Assembly: GCA_051294375.1 (NCBI GenBank)
Contig: CM119270.1
Span: 17,482,893 to 17,546,892, forward strand
DNA length: 64,000 bases
Direction: 5' to 3'
Source: Paraspadella gotoi
Lineage: Eukaryota; Animalia; Chaetognatha
Shown: positions 25,865-39,800 of the stretch, one piece after another
Layout: every line of letters begins with the position of its first letter
How positions within the stretch are numbered: the first letter of the stretch is position 1
Made by a program: the position numbers and the translations under genes
The notes under the pieces: generated by a model
Told to the model about the DNA's origin: nothing
The model's database searches: none
Seen by the model: only the letters and a program-made list of their open reading frames with translations

Positions 25865-27209
25865 AACAACGATTCGTAAAGTGTAAACTTGATTTAAATC
25901 CAGAAAACTATTTTTTTTTTAAAAAGGCGAGAGAAAAAAAATCTCATTACAATGAAGGCTCGAATGGGACTTGGACTAATTCGATCGTAAAACGCATCGT
26001 TTACGACAGAAAATTTATTCGAATCGGAAAAAAATATTTTTTTTTGAAAAAAAAAACACTAATGATAATAATCGTAAATTTCCCTCCTCCCTTTCTTAAT
26101 TTTCCTTCACCACCTTCACCACCTTCACCACCTTCACCACCTTCGCCCCAAAACCCACCACCCTACCACACCGCCGATAANNNNNNNNNNNNNNNNNNNN
26201 NNNNNAAAAAAAACCCGGGTCGGACCGGGGTTCGATCCTTTAACACCTCCGACGGCGTGTCTCGGCCCCAAAACAAATCAATCAATCAAAAACCGAAGGC
26301 ATGTCGCTCTTTAACCTCNNNNNNNNNNNNNNNNNNNNNNNNNNNNNNNNNNNNNNNNNNNNNNNNNNNNNNNNNNNNNNNNNNNNNNNNNNNNNNNNNN
26401 NNNNNNNNNNNNNNNNNNNNNNNNNNNNNNNNNNNNNNNNNNNNNNNNNNNNNNNNNNAAAAAAAAATTAAAAGTGAAAAACAGAATTTGTTCGCGTCTC
26501 ACGAATCGTAAAGCGCGTTGGGAACGTGACCTATCACGAGCCAATCACGAATGGAATCACAACGTGTGGTTAGGATAAAAGGTATCACTAAATAAATACA
26601 AATAGAAACATAAGGAATAGTGAAAATAAGATCGAATCCTACTTTTAATTCTCTAAAAAAAAGTGTTGCGCGTGACTGCCTTCTCACGTGTATTTCACGT
26701 GACATGACATGACGTGACATAACATGACATGACGTAACATGACTACATGACCACAATAACTTTCTTAGCCCGTGTATTTATGACACGCACTGCATCGGAA
26801 ATTTGTCTTTATAGTTATAGGATTTCCTAAAGGCGGCGCTATCAGTCACTTAGATTTGATGTTTTTTCCTGCCTTAACCAATGAGCAACCAACTATAGGC
26901 AAATTATATGCATTTTTAACGTAAGTGAGACAGAACGACGGAAAGACAGACCGACCGAAAAGTGACGAGTACTCGCGATGAAACTAAAAACCCGAATGAT
27001 TATCAACGAAAAATGAATTTTTGTCGTTAAAAACTCAGCGGAAAATCCGTGAGAAAATTGACAGGACAAAAATGAAGACTTTATTGTCATGTTCTCTTTT
27101 TTTTTTCCAGTGAGATTTTTCCGGAAAATATTGGCCAACCGCCAACGCTGATCTCATAAATCAAAGTTTTGTGCCCGAACGAAACCGCGGGGGGATATAG
27201 GGGTGGAGC

Positions 27210-27287
<78 letters not shown>

Positions 27288-29101
27288 GGATTAATAGGGT
27301 AAATGTTGGGAGGCAGGGAGGAAGGAGAATATTAATTTCACTCTTGTGAAACTGGTGACTTTTACGGTTAAAAAGGGGAGGGTTGTTTCGTCCACTTTTT
27401 CATTTTGACGATTTTCATAATCGTCAAATTGATATTATTTTTCGTCACGAATCACGGGCCTCACATCTGTGAAAGCTTCACAACCGTCGCCCAGATGGAA
27501 AAGGAAATCGATTCTTAGCGATTAAATTTAAATCGTGAAGGATGAAAACAGAATAAAATGGAATATTGAATAATGGATGACATAATACAAAAAAAAAAAA
27601 AAAAAAATTCAATGTAAAATATTTTATTTTTTTATAAGAAATTAAACTAGTTCTTCATTTTATTATATTTTCTTTCACAACTCACTTGGTACAATCCCAT
27701 GGATCACCGAAGATGCCCTCAGCTGGACACCGGAAGTTGCCCCCGAACCCTCCTCCTCCTCCTCCTCTTCCTCCTCTTTCATGACCGGAAATGACGTCAC
27801 TTCCGGTCTGTTTGACGCCAAAGTTGACGACGACGACGACGACGACGACGACGAAGGGAAATCGTCGCGTCGTTGGGCGTCGAGAGGACATCAATCTGAA
27901 TGAATGGAAACTTGGATGGTTGGATGGATGGATGATTGGATGGATGGATGAAAAGTTGAAAAGTTGAACGGATGGATGAATGGATTAAAGAATGAAAAGT
28001 AGGATGGATGGATGGATGGATGGTTAAATGAAAAGTTGAACGGATGGAAGAATGTTTTCAAGAATGAATGAATGAAAAGTAGGATGGATAGGAGAATGGA
28101 TGGATGGTTAAATGAAAAGTTTTAAAAAAATCATTGAATGAATTTTATTGAGAGATTGGGGATTTGTTGAATCTTTGAAACGACGAATGAAACGAAACGC
28201 ATTATATATCTTTTTTCGCTAGCATTAAAAACTTTAAATTTATATAGTTAAAATTATTATAATGCAATATACGACTGACTAGATGACAGATTGAGAGAAA
28301 AACGGAAAGATTAATTCCGATGTTCAGACGTTTATTCCGGACTACAACAAAAGCCAAACCGACTTGAAAACAAAGGAACATTTTAAGCAGCGAAAAATTA
28401 GAATTGATTTATCGTCGTCTCTCAGCCAAATGTACTTAAAAATATTTGAGTTGGTATATAGGGGCTAAGATAATGGTCGTGAGCTGATGATGACTTGACG
28501 CAATGAGCCACAGAAGTTGTCATGAGTAAAGTCGATGTCAACTTTGCAATGTCCGACGACAAATAAATTCCCCGTCTGTTTCAAGTTATGCGAATTTACG
28601 AAAAAGTTGCAGTTTTAAAACCAAGATTTAAATAAGAAAGGAAAACAAGAAAAAGTCCATAATTTAATAATAAAAAGGAAATTCGTACACCCTACTCACT
28701 CGTTATGCAAAAAAGTAGTTGGAACATTTTACTGTCGTCACAAGAAGCAACATTAGTTCGTAAAATCTTTTTTTTTTCACTTTTAAGATTTTTTTGACCA
28801 GGTTCATTTCGCCGCCATTTTGTTTTTTTTTTTTTGGTGAAACCGATTTTATTTTTTTTTAAATAATTTTCTTTTGTTTTTGTTTTGATCGTAGAAAAAA
28901 AAAGTTTATCGCGTCGATTGAATATTTCATGCAACTTTTTGGATCCGATGTTGTGTTTGTTGCGTTTCGATTTTGCTCCTATTTTTTGTTCGAGATGTTT
29001 TTGCGTTTCTGGTCAAAAATTAATCATTCACTCTTGGAGATGAATTATTCAAATGGATTTTTAAAAAGAGGGAGGGTTGGTGGGGGAAAGAGAGAGAGAG
29101 A

Positions 29102-29200
<99 letters not shown>

Positions 29201-30874
29201 CAGAGTTTTTTTCGTCAAGTATGACAGCAGTTTTGCCAGGACGTTTTTATGAATAAATTATTGGAATCTGCGGTGAAGAGAGAAATGGCTTATAAAAAGT
29301 CCATGAAGTAATAAATATCCAACGATTACGAATGAGCACAATAATGGCCTAAAAAAACCGAAAACCCATTACTAAAATGGGATTACAAACGTAGTGTAAT
29401 ATTTTTAGAAGTCCGATGCTCCATAACAAAATCAAAACTGAAAGAAAAAAAAATCAATTCGCCGAAACTTATTGTTGCGACTTAAATAAATAAAGATGAG
29501 TAATAGTAATATTTAATATGAAACATTAAGCAAAAATGGATGAAGAGAGAGACCCATGGATCGAAAAAAAATATCGATGAATTGTAATAAATTGTAATAA
29601 ATTGTAATAAATAGTGAAAAGGATTTTAGGAAGGAAATCGACTGGGACGTCAATGACCAATAAAACCGTCAAGAAAATTTATCTCAAAGGATCGAAAATG
29701 AAGAGGGAATTTTAAGTATTTTTCTTTTTTTTTCTTTTTTTTTCTTATTCTTTTTCTTTTTCTTTCTTATTCTTTTTCTTTTTCTTTTTATTCTTTTTCT
29801 TACTTATTCTTTTCTTTTTCTTTTTTTTTCTTATTTTTTATTTATTTTTTTTCTTTTTCTTTCTCATTATTTTTCTTTTCTTTTTTTTTCTTATTTTTTT
29901 CTTTTTCTTTCTTATTCTTTTTCTTTTTCTTTCTTATTTTTTTCTTTTTCTTTTTTTTTAATTATTTTTCTTTCTTATTCTTTTTCTTTTTTTCTTTTTT
30001 ATTCTTTTTCTTTTTCTTGGTTCCGATTCTATCTGTGATACTTAAAATTTTGTTTTCCTTTTATTTCTGTTTCTTTTTTATTCGTTTTGCTCTTTCTTCA
30101 TCTCTCGTTTTATACTTTTTTATTTCTTTTTCTTTCTTATTCTTTATCTTTTTCTTTCTTTTACTCTTTCTTTTTCTTTTTTCTTTCTTTTTTTCTTCAC
30201 TGACCTTTTCTTCTATTTCTACTTTTTTGGGGGGTATTTCATCTTTCTATTATTCTCTTTTCTTTCCCTTCCTTTTTCTCTTTCTAATTTGTTTTTCTTA
30301 TTATCTTTTTTTTCTTTTAACATGAACGTTAAAGAACATATTTTATGTTTTTTTCAAGCATTTGAAACTTATATTAGTTTTTGGGGCAGAGTGATTTCTC
30401 AGTATTAGTTTGGAGTAAATTTAATTCACTTGGTCACTCGCCCAAAGTTACTGACTTTTACTATCGTGGTTTAAATGTCATCTTTTTGAAAAGTTATATA
30501 TATATGTATTTTCACGAACAAAATATATGAAAGTTAAAAAGTGGAAAACGTTAAATTGACCAATAATGAAAATAAGATAAGCTAAACATAAAAAATAAAG
30601 CGAAAATGGAAGAAACATTACTATTACAATACATTACATTACAATACTAAAAATGAAATAAAGATCAACCTTTGATCCACGATTGAAACGAACAACGACC
30701 TGATGTAAACAACAACAACAACAACAACAGAAATCGAAATTGGAATCAAAGACCAAACATTTTTCGTCTGATTCTTTGAAATTATATTGGGATTTTTGAA
30801 TGAGAATGCGTTACTTATTCACAACGTTATACTTTCAAGTTTATTTTTAAATTCGAAAAAAAGAGAGGGAAGGT

Positions 30875-30934
<60 letters not shown>

Positions 30935-32787
30935 GAGACGAGAGAGAGAGAGAGATTGTTCCTGAAGCCATGTAACCTTGAAAGAAAATGATAATCCATT
31001 CCACCATCCTTGCGAAAATAAAAAAAAGAAGTAAAAATAAATAAAAACGAGGGAAGTTTGAACATTTAAAAAAAATGTTTTAAAATATATTCGTCTTTTT
31101 ATTTTCGCAAAAAAACTTGGACGAGGATAACTTTTAAGGGAAACGAGGAGTCGTCAAAACAAAAGTCGTCCCGCCGCTAATCGCAAAAAAAATTTAAGGG
31201 GAGAGGAGAATCCCGAGTTTACAAACGGCGCGCGACGGAGGGACGACTTTTTATGGCCCCTTAAACCTTTTTTTTTCGCCAGATATTTTTTTTCAGGAGA
31301 GTTTTAATCGGGTTCGATTTTAATGTTGCGTCGTCGTTTGGGCGTAAAAATTGTCCAGTAATGTTCGAGTGGAAAAAAATATTTGTAAGCTGGTGAAACT
31401 AAATAGTAAGAAAAACACAATAGCTGTTTTTGATTTTTTTTTTTAACTAAGAGAATTTGGGATTATTCGTTTTCAAAGCCACATTTGCATCAACTTCTCT
31501 CCACTTTTCCTCCTAATTATTTTTTTTGTTCTTTTTTTTTCCTTCTTTAAATTTTTTTCCTCTTCAGTCATTCGAGCTTTTTTAATCCCTTAAGATTAAA
31601 CTTAAGTTTATTTCCCGCTTTTTTTTCTTCTTAGTTTTTTTAGAATTTTTGGAGTAGGAATGATTTAAAAAAACAAAAAACAACCGGTACTCAAAAATTT
31701 AACCTACATATACTTAAAAGTGATATTTTAATTTTTTTATATATTTATAATTTGATTTAATATTACTAAGTACTACGTCAGACACTCTCAGTCAAAAACT
31801 TAACCGATCGTAACCATCTTTCCAAATTACGACGGAAATATCGCAGAATCTCTCTCGAAATAATAATAAATGTTTAAATCAAATTTTTACCTTATTCCTC
31901 GTTTATTTTATCTTAACAACTTCCAAGACAAAAAAAAACGCATTTAAAAAAAATAAATACAAAACGGCTTCTCGCCTATTTTTTTCCCCAATTAAATAAA
32001 AAAAATAATTCTTAGAGTCTTTATCGTGAAATTTTTTCGAGCCTTCCGGAACGAAAGGGGGGCGAGTGGGGGGGGAGAAGAATCAGATAAGGCAGCCGAT
32101 GAAGGGAAGGCAGAAGAAAAACAGGAGCCACGGATCGATGAGAGAGATGGGACAAGCAAGCATTAAATTATCAAGTAGAAAAAGATGATTAAAGAAGGGA
32201 CTAGCAAGCCTTTTAAATCATTAAGATCAAAGAAATTAGGATTTATATAAATCGTTCTTCAGAAGAAAAAAAAAAGATGACAAAGATGAGACAATGAGAA
32301 ACATCCTGAAGAAAGCTTCGGGAAGGACAGACAGCAAGCGGTACTTGGTAAGTGATGATGAAAGAGCGAGTACATTGCCAGGGCGTTTTTGGCAGCTTGA
32401 CAGAGGGCGCTCGAGAGACGTGAAAGACGGAAGACCCGCCACAGTTCTCCAATTAGTCGACAAAAAATTCCGCGAGATAAAAAATATTTGAGAAAATGTA
32501 AAAAAAATGTAAAAAAAAGTTTTGGTTTTTTTTTCGTTTTTTTTTCCCGGTCTGTTTTTATTTCTAGCGCAAGACAAAAATGAAGATGATATCTTTTTTG
32601 AAGACAATTTTTTTTTAAATTTTTCTTATTCTCTTATCGATGTTAAGAATCACGGTGAAAAAATAAAAAAAGAGAGAAATGATCTTCGGGTATTTTTATT
32701 TTTTTTAAATTCGAGTTTTAGTGTCGGAAAAAAAAAGAGTTTAAAGCATATTTCGTGTCTTTGAACCTGGGCTCGAATTAAAAAACC

Positions 32788-32833
<46 letters not shown>

Positions 32834-32961
32834 GGGGGGATTTGCTAGCCCGGTTTTTAAATCAGGGAAAAAAATTCGAACCTGCTTCATCCAAATAAGA
32901 CAATTTAATAAAAGGTTAGTACGGACATCAGTCGTAAAGTGAGTCTTTATTTCTAGTTGAT
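22881..32961. repeat. Segmental block copy 3 (probable alternative haplotype)
   Basis: Homologous to 4165-13001 plus 20150-21437, but carries multi-base indels and substitutions not seen in copies 1 and 2. Confidence 0.85.
25287..27891 (-). CDS. Third copy of chitin-binding gene exons A (27686-27891) and B (25287-25726)
   Basis: Exon A is intact (track ORF 27682..27894). Exon B reads [19 protein letters not shown]... in frame until a 1-bp deletion near 25342. Carries variants suggesting an alternative allele. Confidence 0.55.
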
Positions 32962-33171
32962 TCACAAATTAGAAGTCTTAGTGATGAAAGGTAGGATCGG
33001 AATCACATAATGTTTTTTTTCGGTAAGGTAAGGCCATTTTGATAAGTCCAACTAAGTTTAAAAAAATGTCATCACCTTGACAATAAACTAAATGTGGCCC
33101 CGAATGTAGCCACTGACGCGTCTGGCATTTATGTTTTGAATCGATGTAAAAAAAATGAAATGGAAAAGAAC

Positions 33172-33288
<117 letters not shown>

Positions 33289-33309
33289 CAAAAAACCAGA
33301 GCGGTAATT

Positions 33310-33550
33310 CAAATGTGTTGCGCCCCACTGATTTTCTTTTCACGTGTATTTTATGACATGCATTGCATCTGAATCTTGTCTTTTATTCTTCGAAGTTTTA
33401 GGATTTCCTGAAGGCGGCGCTAGAAGTCAGATTTGAGGTTTTTTTCCTGTCCTAACAAATGAGCAATCAACTATAGGCGAATTATATGCATTTTTAACGT
33501 AAGTGGGACAGACGGACGGACAGACGGACAGACATACCGACCGACAGACA
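33310..33550. repeat. Dispersed short repeat ending in a (GACG/GACA)n tract; also at about 7965-8260, 15067-15360 and 26660-26960
   Basis: Shared blocks aaatgtgttgcgc...ggatttcct(a/g)aaggcggcgcta...gagcaa(c/t)caactata...aattatatgcatttttaacgtaagtgggacagac occur in unrelated flanks. The GACA/GACG tract recalls DINE-1/HINE-type elements (inference). Confidence 0.55.
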
Positions 33551-33720
33551 TCATTTTTCTTTAGTCGAATAAAAAAAATGTGAGAAACGATGTGAGACGT
33601 GAGATGTTAGAATTCGTTCGGTCTCAGCGTAGAAATGAATTTCACGCCCGGCCTCTAACGCGTTGCGTGATTTCTCTTTATGTCGTATGAGTGAGTCTGT
33701 GAAAGAGAGGGAAAGGGATT

Positions 33721-33837
<117 letters not shown>

Positions 33838-34888
33838 GTCGTCAGTGAGATTCAGAATGTATGTTTTTTACCAGTGAAGTGAGGTCATTTCTCTCTATTC
33901 GTATTAACTTTCCATTTGACTTATCTAATCTTGTCTAATCTAATTTTGTCTTGTCTAATCATGTCTAACTCTGCCATTTGCCATCTTTGCCATCTGATTC
34001 TTCCCTTCGACATATTCGACTTTCGACTCCGCCATCTGGATGTGAAATTACGACGCCTAAAATTTCTGTTTTCATAATTTTGTTAAAATCTGTTTTTGTT
34101 TTAGTTTTTTATTGTTCAGAAGAAAAAAAATGTTTCTAAAATTACAATTTAAGATTAACTGCGACTAATTTTAATATTTGTTTCGCATTTTTAATGTGAA
34201 CCTGATTAGACTATGGGTTTCACCGAATTTTTTTTCGCATCGAATTTTGTGACGCGAGTGATGCTCTTCTTCCTCTCACATCTGTCTCACTCGAACGAGT
34301 CTAACCCACATCGTTTCTGTGATCAATGATCAGCGAAGGTGTGAGAATTATCGGTGAAAACTCCACCGTGCGGGGGCGGGAAAAAAAATGGGCATGGCTT
34401 TATAAATTTGACTGAAATAAACTGAAAACAAAAGACAAACGCGAGACAAACAAAAATCGACGGGTTTGAAATGAGAAAAAACAATCTTTTTTCTTGTTTA
34501 AATTTACAAATTTACGAAATAAAAGGAAATTAACAAAGTCTGGCTTATAAAAATATACCGTTTAACACAATCATAGTAATTTTACCATAAATACAAGGGT
34601 TCACCACTATTCTAAAAAAATGTTTCGATTATTTAAAACGACGTCGAGGGTTTTGATCCCCGGACCTCGATCTTTAGATTCGTTGATCCTTTCATCCTCT
34701 TTTTTTGTTCCACAAGACGATCATTCGATCATTCAAGAAGGAGAGAAGAGAGAGAGGAGAGAGAGAGAGAGAGAGAGAAGAGGAGAGAGAGAGAGAGAGA
34801 AAGAGAGAGAGATGTTTCATTCACGAATGGGCGTACAGACGATGGAATATCTCTGTTCCTTGGGGTCTCGTGGGTGATTAGGTGCTGC

Positions 34889-34961
<73 letters not shown>

Positions 34962-35168
34962 GGCTAGACAGACAGCATGACAAATATCATTCTCTCTCCC
35001 TTCGTGATTATTTGATTATCGGGATCACGTTAGAAAACGATGAGCAAAGCTTCGGAGGTCGAGACGCCTTCACAGAAAAACTTGAAAAACTCAAAAGAAG
35101 GAGAGATATAACGTTCTCGGTTCATCCTTTGCGTTAATCGACTTACGAAGGGAGGTCCCTCTTTTTTA

Positions 35169-35267
<99 letters not shown>

Positions 35268-35429
35268 TGTTTTTTCCCCGGAATTATCAGTCCTTAGGGC
35301 AGCGAAACCTTTGACTTTTCGGTCGACGCCATGATCGGGAGAAACTGCGATAAATTTGGCTTCTCTTATCTTATGCCGTTTTTTTTTTTTTAAAGTTGAC
35401 CGAGGGTTTTTTTACACACACACACCATC

Positions 35430-35492
<63 letters not shown>

Positions 35493-35921
35493 CTCTCTCT
35501 TATCTCAGTAATCAGTTGTAATGTTAAGTAAAATTGAAAAAATGTAAATTCTTAATTACTTCCTACTTAAGCCGAAGCGAAAGCCATAATGTCATAAAAG
35601 TTATCTTTACTTTGACCTTTAGGTTATTCATTGAAGGACCAAGATTATGTGACCTTAAAGTTAGACTTTATATTTCACATTCTGAGTAACTAACTTTAAG
35701 TAACTAACAATTTTTATATTTTAAAACATTTTTTCAATTTTCCTAATTCCGAAAATTAACTTAAATTAAAAACTTAATTTTAACTTAAATTTAAACTTTT
35801 TCAAAGATTTCGTTCTCGTTCTAGATTTTACTTAGGGTCTAAAAAGAGAATCTTGACGGTTTTTTAGCTTTAACTTCCCGCTTGGGAATAAGAAGGGGGA
35901 AAAATAAGGAAAGAATTAGGC

Positions 35922-35995
<74 letters not shown>

Positions 35996-36400
35996 AGTAG
36001 AGAGAGAGAGAGATGAGAAAGAGAGAGAGAGAGAGAGAGAGAGATTAAGCCCTTGGCAATCAATCACTGGCAACCGCCTCTTTGCTAGAGAAGCTTCACA
36101 CTCGCCATGTTCCTCACTATTCTTTTTCTTCCTTTGTTCATAAACAATTTCTGTTAACTATATTTTACAAAAACTTTATTTTTTTGGATTAAAAAGCCAA
36201 CAATCGTTTTCAGATTTTTCTCCAATTTGAGGCTTTCAAGTCTCAAATTTCTTTCCGATCCAAATATTTTTTTTTCCCCGCCTTTCGCTTTTAAAAAGCG
36301 AGGACAGAAAAAAAATGTATTTTAGTTAATTGAAAAGTTTGTTTTTTTATTCTTTATTTTAAAAATTTTTTTTTTNNNNNNNNNNNNNNNNNNNNNNNNN

Positions 36401-36457
<57 letters not shown>

Positions 36458-36579
36458 CTCTCAATCTCCTTAAAGTGACAATAAGTAATTGAGCAATAAA
36501 ACAAAGCAAATAAACCTTCAAAATTAACGTTCTCGGTTCATCCTTTGCGTTAATCGACTTACGAAGGGAGTCCCTCTTT

Positions 36580-36665
<86 letters not shown>

Positions 36666-36827
36666 AGAGCGTGTTTTTTTCCCCGGAATTATCAGTCCTT
36701 AGGGCAGCGAAACCTTTGACTTTTCGGTCGACGCCATGATCGGGAGAAACTGCGAATAAATTGGCTTCTCTTATCTTATGCCGGTTTTTTTTTTTTAAAG
36801 TGACCGAGGGTTTTTTTACACACACAC

Positions 36828-36877
<50 letters not shown>

Positions 36878-36884
36878 TCTCTCT

Positions 36885-39800
36885 CAGTATTAGTGTTCCG
36901 ATAACCGTTAACTGTTCAACGGTTATTAACGGCTTAAAAAATAATTTTAAACTTAAACCGTAATACATTCATTTTAACGCAGTTAAATTCGGTAATTTTC
37001 AAATATGAAATTTTTTTCATTTTTGGTATGAAACTAAGTTGTAGAGGTGTGCTGTCCTTGACAACTAACTGTCTGAGCTGGATCCGTGCGCTATCAAAAC
37101 GAGAGGTAATTCGAGTTGAGATGGCGCGACGAGACGTGGGCCGCCCGGTCTTGACGCTCAAGATGATCTGACGACAAATCTAAAGGCCAGCACTTTCAAT
37201 CTAAAGTAGAGTTGATGAGGTGGCAAGCTTAGGAGTTAGAAGTCCTGGGCAAAGAAATAACAAAAACATTCAATACACACTCAGCAAATATATATATAAG
37301 TTTAAAGAATCCATCTTACTTGTTTCTGAAGCCAAATTTGTAGAATGGGGTTGCCTCTATCACAAGGAAAGCCACCAATCCAGCGATCACTAGTTTTCTT
37401 TAAAAAAAAGGTTTCCGAGATATCTTAATTAGCGATTAATTTATCTTTAAAAAAAGTATTAAAACGCATTGCAAGACTGAACAAGATCTGAGAGGTTACA
37501 CGGTCGATAGAAATCAAGGCTGAGATCTATCGAAACGGCGGGAAACAATCAGAAACAGCCATGCGTAGCCACTCGGAGAACTGTACTTAAGTATATACTA
37601 TAATTACATAATTAGAAACTAGAGATGTCACTTGTGATTCGCCGAGAAACAGAGTTTCCTTGCGTTAGTTTAAATAGAAAATAAAAGGCATCGTGGTGAA
37701 AGTAAGAAGCTTGGGATTTCCTCGAGATATATTGATAATGATTATCGTAAAAACACCCCCGCTATCTCAGGGCATGCCAACATGCCATACTGGGATACCC
37801 GAGCATGTTAGAAATAATCATCAATATAAAACCGTTCGCAGGGGATGGAAAGTAAGAAGGAAGAAATTTTAAGCTGGAGTATTGCAAAAAAGGCGCCAGG
37901 GACTTACTTGCTAAGCCTGAAAATAAACTGTGCGGATTTCCATTAAAGCAGGGAACCGTTTCGCTCAAAAAAGCCGACAAAACGGAAGAGACGAGCACGG
38001 CGGCAGACGACAAAACTGACCGGCGCAAGCTCTTCTTCCACACAGCGGTTTGTACTTCAAGTCTATGATGGTTGAAGACGAACAGTGAGCTACAAAGACA
38101 CGAATAATGATCCAAAATTTACGAGATGAAAAAATACAATTAAGCGCGTAATAATTCAATTCTCTTGTCTGACTCAAAAAAACACCGGCTTCGAAGTTCG
38201 ATTTTACGAACGGTTCACGTGTACATGCCGAAGATACCGCCTCATCAAGAACCCGCGCAGTCGCGAAGCGCCGTTGTTACGGTTACCCAAGCGTACCAAA
38301 CCTGACCTGCGAAATAAAAAAGGGTAAAATCCTGACTCGAACGGAACTGTGTTTCAGTACACCCGTTAAACAACCATACTTAAATACAACGAAACACGAA
38401 AAAGCTGGACTTCATTTTGCTCTTAAAAACACTTGCCCGGCTAACTGAAAAATGACACAATAAAAGAATCCTAGAAATAAATTGACCAAGGCAGGGCGGA
38501 ATGAGACATTGGGAGCTAAATAACATCTAACTGACTAACTGACAAAACATAGAATTTCGGTTTACTAGCTTCGGGCCATAGTTACTATAACCAATACTAA
38601 CTAACATATAAGAGTCAAAGCGGCTAAAACAATAAGGCCTTTATCGAAATCTAAAGTCGGTTATAACTGACCCCGTGTGGCCGAACTTTTTAAACCCGCA
38701 TATGTTTTCACTTAGGTCGAAGACGCGAAGACGGTTGTAACTGACCCCCGTTGGCCGATCTCGAGGCCACAGTATGTTACCCCGCGGACCTCCGTAAAGT
38801 TAGCCAACTAAAGGACAAGAAGCGTGAATTATTAATGGAAGCCCGCAATTGTAACGGACATACGCACCGCCGAACCAAATCGAATCAAAAGAATCGGAAA
38901 GGCTAAAAAGAAAAAAATGATAAGTTGTCGATCCATTGGGTAAAGCGACTATACACGCTTTAACCGAAATGCATCTATCCGCCCCCCGCAGGAACGAAAT
39001 AGGATCTCGAGGTTTAATGTTCGAAACCGGCTAAGAACGATATCAACCCTTCGACCCTCAAGCGAACATGGCGAGGGCGAAAAAGAGTGCTTTCATGGTC
39101 ACGAACCCAACCTGAGGCGATAATAACACAATCTCCAACAATATTCAAATTTTCCTTACCGCAGGTGGGCCGCATCAGAGAAACGTCAAGGCATTTTTCA
39201 GACACTGTCACAAGCATCTTCAAGCAATCCATCTACGGATTCTCGATGAGGACCCGATACGGAAGACCGATTTTGAAGATCTTGCGTATATTTGCGGACT
39301 CCCTTACAAAAAATATTAGAGACGCACAACCGTTACTACGGACACAAAAAAAACCTTAAACTACTCCTACGGGAAAAAAATAGTAAATCTGACATATCCA
39401 TAATCGACAATTTGGTTACTTTAACTTAATTCTTCGCCGTTCGAATCTGTAAATCTTCGTTCTTCGCTTGAGTAATGAATCTTGAACCATAACACATCTC
39501 GAACATATAAACAAACCCTCGATACACTGTAAAGTCAAAAATAAGTAAAATTCCCTCTTATCATTACCTCTATGTCGTTCTAGTCTAGGTCTTGGCCAAA
39601 AGTAACAAAACTGTGTTTAGACTAGACCTAAAAAACGAAGATCAATACCGAAACAAAACCCGAAAATACGAAAAACCTAATTAATCTATTAATCTAAAAA
39701 ACGTAATCAATGGCTAAAATGCGCTGAAGGAAGTTCATTTTATGGTTTATACCCTTACTTTAAGCATCCGAATGCCGAAGGCAACGAGATCAAGTATTTC